Positions 11,534 to 23,714 of a DNA stretch of 64,000 nucleotides are shown here, one piece after another. The position numbers were made by a program, and so were the translations under genes. The stretch covers positions 91,080,001 to 91,144,000 of the forward strand of contig NC_086108.1 of the NCBI RefSeq assembly GCF_963921235.1. The letters are read 5' to 3'. How positions within the stretch are numbered: the first letter of the stretch is position 1; every line of letters begins with the position of its first letter. Under the pieces are notes generated by a model. That model was not told the DNA's origin. It saw only the letters and a program-made list of their open reading frames with translations, and did no database searches. The stretch comes from Mobula hypostoma (taxonomy: Eukaryota).

Positions 11534-13824
11534 GCATGGATAAAGCAGTGGCTGATTGGCAAGAGGCAAAGAGTGGGAATAAAGATAGCCTTTTCTGACT
11601 GGCTGCCAGTGACTACTGGTGCTCCACAGGGGTCTGCGTTGGGACCGGTTCTTTTTACATTATATGTCAATGACTTGGATGACAGAATTGATGGCTTTGT
11701 TGCAAAGTTTACAGATAAAATGAAAATAGGTAGAGGGGCAGGTAGTTCTGAGGAAGTAGAAAGGCTACAGAAGGACTTAGACATCTGTCTAAGAAATGGC
11801 AAATGGAATGCAGTGTTGTGAAGTGTATGGTCACTGTGGTAGCAGAAATGAAAGGGTTGACCATTCTCTAAATAGAGAGAAATTACAAATATGTGAGACG
11901 CAAAGGGTCTAGGGAGTACATGTGCAGGATTCCCTAAAGGTGAATTTTCAGGTTGAGTCTGGTGAGGAAGGCAAATGCAATGTTAGCATTCATTTCAAGA
12001 GGACTACAATATAAAAGGCAGGATGTAATATTGAAACTTTATAAAGCACTGAAGATGCCTCACTTGGAGTATTATGAACAGGTTTAGGCTCCTTATCTTC
12101 AAAAGAATGTGCTGAAACTGCAGAGGTCTCAAAGGAGTTTCACAGAAATGATTCCAGCATTGAATGGCTTGTCATATGAAGAGCATTTGATGGCTCTGGG
12201 ACTGTATTCACTAGAATTCAGAAAAATAAGGGGTGACCTCATTGAAACCTATTGAATGGGGAAAAGCCTTGATAAAGTGGATGTGGAGAGGATATTTCCT
12301 ATAGTGGCAGTGTCTAGGACCAGAGGACCCAACCTCAGAATAAAGGGGAGTCAATTTAGAACAGAAATGAGGAGGAATTTCTTTAGCCAGAGAATGGTGA
12401 ATCTGTGGAATTCTTTGCCACATGCACCTGTGGAGGCCAAGTCATTATGTATATTTAAAGCAAAGGTTGATTGGTTAGGGCATGAAGGGATATAGGGAGA
12501 ACCAGGAGCGTGGGGCTGAGAGAAAAATTGGATCAGCCATGATGAAATGGCAGAGGTGATTCGATAGGCCCAATGGCTTAATTCTGCTCCTATATCTGAT
12601 GGTCTTATGGTCTTATCAGTTACTTATTGTGTGGAAAAACAGACCCCTCTGGCCCATTTTAAATCTCCCTCACACCATATGTCTTACAGTTTTTAACACC
12701 GCTAACGGGAAAGACTTTGATATGTACCCTTTCTATGCCTCCGATACTTCCATCATGTCACCTCTCAGAGTCCTTTGCTCAAGATCCAGATCCTACTTGT
12801 TGTAAGAGAGAATACTTCTTATAATGATGATTAGTGAGGCACAGAGAGATCTGTATTTACTGACAAATATTTTTATTGTTTAAACTAATAAGTATGTGAA
12901 TTCATACACTAAATACCTTGTGTGCACACCCGCTAAGTATCCCTGACTCTCCTGAATAGTCAAAGAATAGCAAAGGTATTACCCGGGCAACGGAGTTTAC
13001 GCTGACCAGGCGTTCCTCGTTGTCCTGACTCACTCGCCACATGTTTCACACAGGGTTGCTCAGGCTTGTATCTGCGATGGTTATTCTTGAAAGTTACCGC
13101 TGCCAGCACACACAAAGCATCCACTTTTATATCCATTCCTCATCAATTCAAATATTGCATTCCAGCTTTCATTGGCCACAGGCCATGTATCTGTTGTTTA
13201 ACACCTTGTTATTGGCTCTGCTCCAAGCCAGCATCCATTCATTGCCCTCTTCCCATCAAGTGACAGTCGATAATTTATGGCTGTTTGTTCTCAATCAGCA
13301 ATGGGCTCGAATCACGCCAGGCAGGCACCAACCCCAACATTCACAAACTGCATGTTATAGCCAACCAAAGAACATCTCACAAATGACTTCAGATTACCTG
13401 AAGTATCATTGTGTTTTCTTTAAAACATTGATCACGCTCAGCATGTCAAGCTCACAAAATGCAGAATAGAGTGTCTTCACAAAACGGCAGCCTCCATCTC
13501 CAAGCATGCGGCAAGAACAAAGACAATAGTCCATCTGCTTCCACTGTCCTTGATTCATTTGCATTCACTGATTTGTAGACTGTCATTCTTTCTGGCCAAC
13601 ATTTTTATTGAGAACCCAAGTCCTCCAATCCAGACAAAATCCTTGTGCATCTTTGCTAGATCATCCTAGCATATTAACATCTTTCCTTTAGTACGATGAC
13701 CACAACTGCACACAATAGTCCAAATGCTGCCAATCAATGTTTTGAATAACCATAGCATGACAATCCTTCTGAATTCAATTATGAATTTTAATATAATTTG
13801 CTGACTTCTGACTTCTGACTTTCC

Positions 13825-13955
13825 GATCTTGATGAAGAATCTCAGCCTTCCATTGATTCCCATTGTTTGGCGCTGCCTGTCCTGCTGAGCTCCTCCAGCA
13901 CACTGTGTGTATTGCCCCAGCTTTCCAGCATCCACAGTACATCCTGTGTCTTCCA
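13825..13955 (+). mobile_element. PLE terminal-repeat remnant
   Basis: cttgatgaagaatctcagcc...gctgcctgtcctgctgagctcctccagcac...tttccagcatc. Confidence 0.65.
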
Positions 13956-14726
13956 TATAATTTGATTTGTGCACCCACATCAGTTGTCCATTTGTGGTAT
14001 TGGCTCAGCCTATTTGTTTTTTTTAACTATTTTTCTTCTTTCCGTCTGGGAGCAGAGGACATGCCCTGCCTAACCAATATGGCTTCCTGCTTTGCATTTT
14101 ACAACTCTCACATTTTTGTTTCCATGTTCTTTTGTTAATGCTCTCACACTCAAACTGCTCCCATTCACCCATCGAACCTTGAGTTGCCCCCTTCTTACCC
14201 TGTCAGAGACAGCCTCACTCCCCAACCCTCCCTGCTGCTCAACAAGATTCTTTCATCTCCTTCCCCTTTCTGTGGAAGGGATTTTGATCTGAACATTCAC
14301 TCCGCTTCTCGTCCCACAGATGTGGCCTGACCTTCTCAGCATCTTCAGCATTTTCCATTTTTACTTAAGCTTCAGCTCTGTGATCTGGGGGATGAGAAGC
14401 ATACACAATGCAAGCTATTTATTTTTGCTTTCCACATAGATGCAGTGCTTTCAGATGCAAACAACAGGCTAAAGATGCAAATAAATCAATTTTTGATGAA
14501 GAGTGTTTGACTTAGTTAATGCCAAATGTAATCAGAGACATCAGAAATATTTGGGCAATGTCAAAGCAGCATGTGACTGCAGCTCCTACTTCTGTTCTTG
14601 CATGTAAAATCACTCATATCAAACATCTGAGTACAAGAGACTCTAATACCTTCGTTGTTCATAATGGCCCAGATTTTGCTGGCTTTTGCTGGCTCTTCCA
14701 CTGGGGTCTGAAAGCATTTGTCAAGA

Positions 14727-15000
14727 TGGGGCAAGGTAGCGTAGTGGTTTGCCTGATGCTATTGCACCTCAGGGTGTCGGAGTTCAGAGTTCAATCCCAG
14801 CACTGTCTATAAGGAGTTTGCATGTCTTTTTCGTGAGCACATGCGTTTCTTCCACGTGCATTGGTTTCCTCCATGTTCCGAAGGCCTACTGGTTGATAGG
14901 TTAATTGATCATTGTAAATTGTCCCCTGATTAGGCTAGGGTGGGTTGCTGAGGGCTGTGTGACCTCTTTCATACTGTATCTCTGAATGAAATAAATTAAA
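14727..15000 (+). mobile_element. tRNA-derived V-SINE (HE1-like)
   Basis: A box tagcgtagtgg, B box gagttcaatcc, V-domain ggagtttgcatgtc...ggtttcctcc...cattgtaaattgtcccc, A-rich tail. Confidence 0.85.
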
Positions 15001-15064
15001 GATTTGGGGCTCCTGTGTGAACATACACGTCCCAAACTTACTTTCCAAACTCCGCCAGCAATTA

Positions 15065-15153
15065 GCACCCACAAAATGCTAAAGGAACTCAGCAGGTAGC
15101 ACCTATAGAAATGAATAAACAGTTGACATTTCGGGACAAGACCCTTCATCAGG
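15065..15153 (-). mobile_element. PLE terminal-repeat remnant with hammerhead core
   Basis: Minus strand CTGATGA-agggtcttgtccc-GAAA-tGTC-aactg; the 5' arm of stem I is lost. Confidence 0.75.
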
Positions 15154-16059
15154 TACCGGCGATTTGTCCGTTGTGTATCATCATTTCATCCCTCATGGAC
15201 CTCTATAGTGAGTCAGAAGCTTTCTGAGTTTGCCCCACATTTAGCAAGGAAATATGCTGTGGCTTTTGTTACAAATTAAATCTGTCAGAGAATGAGTGAC
15301 CCCACTTATTTGAATGAGCACACTAGATCTCCAAGGGAAATAATATGTTTATCAGGTTATTTATATTGTTTTTAATTATTTATATTTAACATAAATATGG
15401 AAGTGTTTTCTGCTAAAAAAGACAATGCAATTTTTTAATGTCCATTTCACTTGTATGTGTCCAGGACAAAGAAGTAGGTAGGAAAAATCATTGTGGACAC
15501 TACCCATGCACATCGCGCAATATAATGATTGACATCAAATTTAGTTGACTTCAAGTTGTGATATAAAGGCTGGGGGCTCCATGGGTGCTGCTTGAATGCA
15601 GTGCACATGGCCACCTTGTTGAACTAGTAAATTGAGACAGGCAAACTCATAGAAATTAAAATGGCACTTCTCCAGTTACTAAGAAAGCATCAGTGGTGAC
15701 TTTGCAGACACGAAGTAGAAAATGACTTGAAGTATATTAAGCACAATATCATTTCCTTAATTTCCATGTGAATAAGAAAGGAATTGCACATTCCAGGAGA
15801 TGTAATAACAAACGTGACCAACAGTTGGAAATGGACAAAATTAATTCTTTGCTATGTTCATGGAAACTCTTACACCACTGAAACTGCATTTCCCAAAAAA
15901 AGAGTACAGAATAGAAAAGAAAATGCATCCACAAGAAATAGCAATTTTGCATAAAGCAAGGTAGTAGAAAACAAGCCCCTTGGATTCGTCCCTTGATAGT
16001 GTGAAAGTGATCAGGAAATTTGCTTACCCCCCTGAGCCTACGACAAACTTCTAACGGTG

Positions 16060-16668
16060 TGTGGTGGAGACTTGCATCACAGCCTGATATGGAAACACCT
16101 TATACAGAAAAGACTACAAAAAATAGTGGATATGACCCAGTCTATCACGGATAAAGCCCTCCACACCTTTGAGCATATCTACAAGTCTACTAGCGCAGAA
16201 AGCAACATGCATCATCAGAGATTACCACCATCCCGGCCAAACTCTCTTCTCGCTACTGCCATCAGGGAGAAGATACAGGAACCCCAGGACTCACACCACT
16301 AGGTTCAGGAGCAGATATTACCCCTCAACCATCAGGCTCTTGAAACAGAGGGAATAACTTCACTTGCCCCATCACTGAAATGTTCCCACAACCTATGGAC
16401 TCACTTTCAAGAACTCTTCATCTTCATCTCATGTCCTTGATTTTTATTGCTTACTTATTTATTATGACTTCTTTCTTTTTATATTTGCACAATTTGTTGT
16501 CTTTTGCACACTAGTAGAATGCCCAGTCTTTCATTGATTCTGTTATGGATATTAATCTATTATGGATCTATTGGGTATGCCTGGAAGAAAATGAATCTTG
16601 GGGTTGTATATGGTGACGTATATGTACTTTGATAATAAATTTACTTTGAACTTCTGAACTTCGAACTC
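16060..16668 (+). mobile_element. Rex1/Babar 3' fragment
   Basis: KATCIIRDYHHPGQTLFSLLPSGRRYRNPRTHTTRFRSRYYPSTIRLL; 3' UTR ending gatAATAAAtttac(TTTGAAC)n-like. Confidence 0.88.
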
Positions 16669-16699
16669 TATCTTTAGGAAATGTTAGAAATGTAAATAC

Positions 16700-17785
16700 C
16701 AGACGTTTGGAAATGAGCTAATGTAAAATCAATTTTTGAAAGTAAAGTAGAAAAATATGGAAAACATATTGACAGATTCTGTTGCCAATGGACTATGATG
16801 CCCAGAACCCAGTGAGGTTGTGCCATTCAAACAATAATTGCACAGGGCAGGAAATCAGGACAGCAGATTGACTATGAGCGAATTTGGAGAAAGTAGAAGC
16901 ATATGTGAATGGGGTACATTGATTAAAAACAAGTTAAGTAATGTTGTATGCACAAAGCATAAAAATTTGGAGCTGAAACATTGGATAGACATCTAGTACA
17001 TTTGCAGATTGTATCAATTTTGGGAAAAGTAAACAGGAAATCAAAGAATAAAAGGAAAACACACTAAGATAGGGGGTATCTAGATGGGATCAAATGGAAA
17101 AGGCATATAATATGGACAAAGAGTCTAAGAAAGAAAAATAAGCAATGGGAGTACAAACTAAATGGCTCAAAAATTTGAGATAAAATACATGAGGGATCTA
17201 GCTAGTTCAAAAGAATCAATGACGTATTCTAAATCAGAAGTAAGAGAAGGTTTGGGTTGTGTTGCCAAGAGAATAACTCACAAATCCCAGCAGATTATAA
17301 TGAGCCAAATAAGCATTGATACAGTTGCACCTTAAGAACTACATGAAGTGCTGGTCACTTTTATAGAGCCAGTATATTCTGGCTCTACGGGCAATGCAGA
17401 GCATTGCAAAGGATGTTATTTTCTGTAGATTGGCTTCAAAGCAGGTTTGAAAAGCCTGAGATTGTTTATTTTGGAGAGGAGACTCAGGGGAGAGACAGTT
17501 CAAATAATAACAAATGTTAAAAAGAATAGCTTACTCAAGGTTTGATCAAATTCTCCTAGCAAGGAGAATTTGGCTCATATTTATGGGAAGAAAAATGTAT
17601 GAACATTGTATTATAACCATTTCACACTGTGGGTGCCTAGGGAGTTAATGTGGGCAGATAATATCAAAAGATTAAGAAAGAATTAGTTAAGTGAGTGTAA
17701 ATCAAAGCTATTACATTTTTGAATAGGCCAAATGGACAGTGCAGTTTTTTTTTATCCAATCTTCTATTTTTCCTGCGTTTCTATG
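16700..17785 (+). mobile_element. Very old, highly decayed CR1-like sequence
   Basis: Faint CR1 ORF2 3' motifs (cagtatattctggctc; attgtttattttggagaggagactcaggggaga) ending in a tttctatg tail. Confidence 0.45.
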
Positions 17786-18081
17786 ACATCCCAGTTTATT
17801 GCAGTGAGTTGTATGCTGATAATGATGGCATTTAAATCAAGTCAGAACATCATTCCATAAAGCTGCATTTAGAGTATAATAGATGCACTGAGCACATATG
17901 AAGAGGCAATCATTTCATGAGATCTGCAGGATTTTTTAATCCAAGCAAGGAATTGGTCCTGCATCCTGTACCTCTATTAAAGATCTTTTGCCAAACAGTT
18001 AAATGACTTTTTTATTAATGTATTTTGCAGACAAAAAGGTTCCAGTATGTTGTTAAACTAAAATAACCTCTGTGATTACAG

Positions 18082-18261
18082 GTATGCAGTGCAGTTCAGA
18101 ACCAGGACTTCACCTTAATTGATGACTATTGCACAGGATTGAAAGCACTGCTGTATTTGAAAAGCATTGAGGAACTGCAAAATTGGGATGGGCAGAGTCC
18201 TCCAACAATGATTCATCAGAAAGGAAAGCCGGTCGCTAAAATCTCGGGTATATTTGGACAG
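18082..18261 (+). CDS. DPYD: Internal coding exon (180 bp, phase 0/0) of dihydropyrimidine dehydrogenase; probably equivalent to human exon 20
   Basis: Bounded by ...ttacAG and GTatga. Translates to [60 protein letters not shown], closely matching vertebrate DPYD as I recall it ([40 protein letters not shown]...HQKGKPV). No other DPYD exon was recognised in the window. Confidence 0.96.
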
Positions 18262-18734
18262 GTATGAATTCTTACTTCTTTCATCTCTCTCTTTGCTTCT
18301 ACCTTCAACTGCAAATACTCATCATATTTTCGTAGGTAGATCTGTGGTAGATTGGAAAATTATTGTAATGGGAGTCACCACAACTGCCGTGATCAAGATG
18401 GTGCTCATGTTCTAACCTCCCAGCTACTTCAAATCCACACATACGTGAACTGAAGTTACATGTGGGTTTCATTAAAATGCCCCACCTTATTATTAGATTT
18501 CCATGCTCATAGTTTCATATTATAATTTAAGCCTTTATATTTGGTTTCATCAACATTTATTGTCTTAGACAATTCAAAGAATATCAACTTACGAATTTGC
18601 AATTCTATTCAATATGGTTTTGAACATTAACAGGTTTGTGAATAAGCAGAAAGTAGTTTAACATGTAGACCAAAAATACTTATCAACGGAGTCTTAAATA
18701 AAATATCGTGAATGATCTGATATGAACAAGTAGT

Positions 18735-19100
18735 AAGTTCCCTTCTGTTCACCTCACCTGCCTATCACCTCCTTCTGATGTCCTTCTTCCTTTCTTTCTC
18801 TCATGGTCCACTCACCTCTCCTATCAGATTCCTTCTTGAGCCCCTTACCTTTTCTACATATCATCTCCCAGCTTCTCACTTTAGATCCCCTATCCCACCT
18901 ACCGACCTTCCTCTTTTCCTGGCTTCATCTATCACCTGTCAGCATGTATTCAGTCCCCTCCTGCCACCTTCCTCTTTCAGCTTCTTCCCCCTTTCTTTCC
19001 AGTCCTGATGAAGGGTCATGGTCTGAAATGTCGACTGTTTATTCATCTTATAGATGCTGTTAGACCTGCTGAGCTCCTCCAGCAATTTTTTTGTGTGTTA
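18735..19100 (+). mobile_element. PLE 3' UTR/terminal repeat
   Basis: Pyrimidine-rich PLE 3' region, then cagtcctgatgaaggg...gaaatgtcgactg and agatgctg...cctgctgagctcctccagca. Confidence 0.85.
19000..19037 (+). ncRNA. Minimal type I hammerhead ribozyme motif (sense to DPYD pre-mRNA)
   Basis: CAGTC-CTGATGA-agggtcatggtct-GAAA-T-GTC-GACTG: perfect 5-bp stem I, intact core, weakened stems II and III. Confidence 0.6.
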
Positions 19101-21024
19101 CCTACGTGTAGTAAGTTAACTTGCTGTCTTACAGGGAATTCCATCCATTTAAAACAAACTCTGTTAAAAGAATGGAAAAAGCATATTCATATGGCAATAT
19201 AATTATTGTAAAATATTGCCCATAATAGTGGTAAGATCTTTGGTACTTAAGATGATTTGAGCTGGAAGAGCAAACCCAGAAAGTGACCACATTTGTTGAA
19301 TTTTGTCCCTCAGCTTGCCGTGATGGGATTGAACCTAATTACTTCTAGGTTGCCAATTATGTGCCATAAAACATGACAGCCTCAGAGTTGGCAGTGGTAG
19401 TATGAAGCTAGCCCTGGCATAAAGAATTAAATGATTCTGTGACAAAACCCATTAAGCTGTGCTGAGGATATTGCATTTGTCTTTAAGGGTAATTGGACTG
19501 CATTCATCTCCATGATAGTTTTAATGAAAACATATTCAAATGGTCTATAATTCGATAATTGGAATGCAGATTCAATGGTCTTTAGTGTAGCTCAATCTTA
19601 GCCCAGCTTCGGATTTCCAACAGCCACACTCCATGCCTGGGAATCAAATTTATGCCATTTTAGTGATGCCAAGAGAAACCTTGCCATAAAATTCAACAAT
19701 TTTACAAATTCAGCCTTTCAATCTTTTGTCATACTTCCAGTCATTCATAATTAATTATTTTAATTGTTTACATTTATTTATATTTTATGAAAATTATTAT
19801 AAATACAGATATGATTTGATCATCATTTTGCCTAATTTAAAAGTATACAAAGCAGTCTCAGAAATTGACCAGGCATGAAAACACAATAAAGTGGGTGACT
19901 TTCTCAGTAATGGAAGGTTTACCTATAAACAGAAAGAAAATTGCAACTGAATTATTTCCGGTAATTGCATTTGCTCATTTCACTAGCTATTTTTATTATA
20001 ATACTAAAGATGGCCATTTGTTGCAGATGTTGCACAGATGAAGAGTGTGAGCCTGAATGTTTAGTCATTGGCCTGTCTTGTCTAATTCTTCCAGAAACCT
20101 TTTGTGAGTAACTCACTAATGTTACTCCAGAGATTTCATCCAATTAATGCCTCAGAATGATTCTTCTGGCACTTGCTTGAAACATCACGATTGAATGTTT
20201 CAACAAATGGCTTCAGCCAACGGATGAGTGCGGAGGGAACATTCTGTCTGTACACAGCTGGAGAAGTATACTGGATTTTGTTGGCAGAGCTTTAAATGAG
20301 TGATTTCAAAGTAGAGCCCACAGAGATTACTTTGTAGTAATTGTGGAGCAAGAAATCTGTTGTAAAATGTTATTAAATGTGGTTTTCACACAGAACCAAG
20401 CATGTTTTATAGTTAACAAATCTAAGAACTTTAGTGGAAAATGGTAATTTACAACTTTGAAACAGACCACATACAAATATTATCCATAATCTAGATAGAA
20501 TATGGCATCAGGATCAAAAGTTATTGGCCTTGACTCAGTGTTGTCTCTTACAAAGAGCCTTAAGCTCGTTTTGCACACTGGGACATTGCATGTGTCCCTA
20601 GGTCTGCTGGTTGTTAATGGAAACAATGCTTTTCTCTGTACGTTTGATGTAGATGTGAAAATTAAACCTGAATCTGAATTTTCAGTAATATTCTAAACAT
20701 GCATGCACATTGAAAACAATCTTGCACAAGCATTAGTGTAGATCTTTCTACCAATGTCTCTTAACATTGTGCGACCAACAGAAGAAATCTGGCTGGTCAC
20801 TGAACCTCGGTGGAGGAGTAGGATGACGCTGAAGAGCCAGATTGCAGTAGAATAGAAAAGGTGGTGTTGGCTGGGGAGGAAGAGCTGGGTCAGGTCAGGA
20901 CATTAGGGAAGCAAGCGGTAGTCATAATCTGCTGGGCAATGGGTCGTGATTGGCCTCAGCTTTGATGATGGGAAGTGGCAAATTGACCTGCAGCAGTGGG
21001 TGGGTTAGGGATGGTAAAGTAGAA

Positions 21025-21282
21025 GATTCAAGATTCAAGATCAGGATTCAACTTTATTTAGCGCATGTACATTGAAACACTCAGTGAAATGTGTCATTTG
21101 TGTTAGCAACCCACACACCCAAGTGTGTGCTACAGTCAGCCTGCAAGTGTCTCCATACATTCTGGCATCAATACAGCATGACTTTAATGCTTGGCAGAAC
21201 AGCACAGAACACAACTAACAATAAAACAACCACAGCAAAACAAGCCCCACTCCTCCCTTTCACCCACACACAGACACAGTCC
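21025..21282 (-). mobile_element. Non-autonomous retroelement, family B copy 1
   Basis: (TGAATCT)n tail with AATAAA on the minus strand. Colinear with 31834-32110 (cttggcagaac...cagaaca...aaacaagcccc...cacccacaca). Confidence 0.7.
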
Positions 21283-21294
21283 TTTAAAAGTCCT

Positions 21295-23065
21295 TTAGAA
21301 GCAAGTAAAAAACAGGAGCTCAAGAAGGCCAATCAGCCCCTTGTATCTGTCCATCATTCAGGAGATTAAGGTAATCCAATCCTTATCTCAACACCACTTT
21401 CCTACTCTCTCCCCTATCCTGTAAGTCCTTTGTCAATATTTTCAATATCCCTAACTACACAGCTCCTAAAGGGTCCAAAAGAATTTCAAATATTCATTAC
21501 CTTCTGAGTGTTGAAATTCCTCCTCGTCTCCATCTGAAACAGACACCCACTAATTCTGAATCTATGCCTCCCTGCCTAGTTCTAGGGTTCCTTGTTAGAG
21601 AATAGATCCTCTCAGTAATCACCTTCTCAATATTAAACAGTATTCACCGCTTCACATCTTTAGAACCTTGTATGTTTCAGTACAATTACTCTCATTCCTC
21701 TATGTTCAATTATGTTTCAGTGCAATTTCTTCAATCTTTCTTCATTACCTCCTTCATTCCAAGAACCATTTGATGAACATTTTCTGCACTGCCTCCAATG
21801 CAAATATATCATTCCACAAAAAATGAACACTCATACACCATTTTATTCTTTATATTGCTTGCAGTAAAAACTGACATACTATGAGCATTCCTAATTACCT
21901 TCTAAAGTTGTACTCTAACCACTTTTTTCTTGTACTAGCACCTTTGTGCTGCAAAATTTTATACTTTCAATCCTTTAAATAGTAAGATGCATTTTCATTC
22001 TTGAATCCAAAGTGAATAATCTCCTATGCTATAGCCCATGTGGCAATTTTTTTGCCCACTTGCTTAGCCTATCTATATCCCTTTGCAGGTTCTTTGTAGT
22101 TTCCTCACAGTCTGCTAATCCGCCTAACAAGAAGTCATAGAGTCCAGCAGCACAGGATGGGCCCTTCAGTCCACTATACTATATCTGTGCCTACCTTTTT
22201 GTCGATCTAACCTAATCCCATTTACCTGCATTTAAGTGTTTGTCTAAATGCCTTTTAAATATAGTAATTGTATCTGATTCCATCACTTCTTCTGGCAGCA
22301 TGTTTCCAGATATAAGACCATAAGACATAGAAGCAGAGTTGGACCATTTGTCATATTGAGTCTGTTCCGCTATTCCATAATGGCTGATTTATGTTCCCTC
22401 TCATCCCCATTCTGCTGCCTTCTTCCCATAACTGTGAAGCCCTTACTAATAAAGAACCTAGCAACCTCTGCTTTAAATGCACCCAATGATTTGCCTCTAC
22501 AACAGTTTGTGGCAATGAATTCCAAAGACTCACCACCCTCTCACTGAAGAAATTGCTTCTCACCTCTGTTCTAGAGGAATATCCTTCTATTTCGAGGCTG
22601 TGCCCTCTGGCTCTAGTCTCCCTCACTGTAGGAAACATGCTTTCCATGTCCACTCTATCTAGGCCTTTCAATGTTTGATAAGTTTCATTGGTATCCCCAC
22701 TAAACTGCAGCAAGTACAAACCCAGAGCCATCAAAGACTCCTCATACATTCTGGTGTTTAAAAAAAAGTAACCTCAAATACCCTTTAAATCTCCTTCCTC
22801 TCACTTTAAAACTATGAAGTCTTGTTTTTGATACAGTTGCCACAGGAAGAAAGATATTGACTATTTACCCTATCAATTCCTCTTACAATCTTATATATTG
22901 TTATCAGGTACCCCTCAGCTTCCTTTTCTCCAAGGAAAATAAGTCTTGTCCATCCAATCTAGTCCTCCACCTCCATTCTGGTTAACACGCTAGTGAATCT
23001 CCTCTGTACTCTCTCCAATACAACCCCATCATTCTTTTACTGTGGTGACAAGAACCACACTCACC
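21295..23065 (-). mobile_element. Stack of CR1 3' fragments (younger copy 22315-22750 nested in older ones)
   Basis: ORF 22351..22749: YEESLMALGLY...RSNFFSERVVSLWNSLPQTVVEA; several reverse CR1 tails. Confidence 0.75.
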
Positions 23066-23472
23066 ATTGTTTACCCCAGAGAATGGGATGCAAATTATAT
23101 GCAGATTTGACTGCTGTACACGGAGCGACCTTATGGGTTCAGACTAGTAGACCCTGACATCTTCTTTGAAGCTAAGCTGGGGTGTGAGTACAAAAGGCAT
23201 GCCTGCCTAAACAAGTTTCAAGCAAGTGTGTGGGTATCCACTGTGCACATCTAGGCACCTTTCTACATGAGCAAAATATATGCACAGAAGACGTGGAATC
23301 TTGAGGTCTTTCTACAAGAAAACTGAATCCATTTAGTGAATAGCTTTTGAACAAACTCCTTTCCACAGTGCACCAAAACACTGCACCTTGTGAAAGAATT
23401 TCTTGGCTCTTGTGTTGGGTAGCCTTGATTTTAATTACAGAATTTCCATAAAGTCTTTATGAGCTCAATGAT

Positions 23473-23712
23473 TTACAAACAGCTTCTTCCCCTCTGCCAT
23501 CGGATTTCTGATTGGACAGTTTTTTTTTTGCATTAATTACCTCGTTTTTTGCTCACTTTTTGCACTAATTATTTAACTTATTTTTTAATATATATATATA
23601 TTTCTTCTTGTAATTTACAGTATTCTCGTGTATTGCACTGTATTGCTGCCACAGAACAACACATTTAATGACAAATGCCAGTCATATTAAATCTGAATCT
23701 GATTCAGATTCA
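23473..23712 (+). mobile_element. Rex1/Babar 3' UTR/tail
   Basis: aacagcttcttcccctctgccatcggatttctg (NSFFPSAIGFL), then an AT-rich UTR and a (TGATTC)-like tail. Confidence 0.8.
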
Positions 23713-23714
23713 GT

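Larger units (their letters stand above)
7910..12615 (+). mobile_element. Near-full-length decayed CR1 LINE: ORF1 esterase (SGNH-like), APE endonuclease, RT, 3' tail
   Basis: ORF1 motifs VIGD...HVGINDM...SRVVISGLVPV...SLHLN. APE motifs YFNAR, VVGITESWL, DFN, DHNMIEF. RT motifs GNYRPVSLTSVVGK and GAPQGSALGPVLF. Tail (ATGGTCTT)n at about 12600. Interrupted at 8987-9274 and 11028-11533. Confidence 0.92.

Noticed and set aside
12961..13005. RIAKVLPG resembling the IARALPG motif of the preceding DPYD exon
   Set aside because: Similarity stops immediately (QRSLR*) and there is no FPILATGGID continuation or fitting splice sites.
14727..14800. tRNA gene
   Set aside because: The A/B boxes belong to a V-SINE head; no complete cloverleaf.
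19200..19600. Possible ancient L2-associated SINE remnants
   Set aside because: Only a B-box-like motif and faint similarity; too decayed to support by eye.
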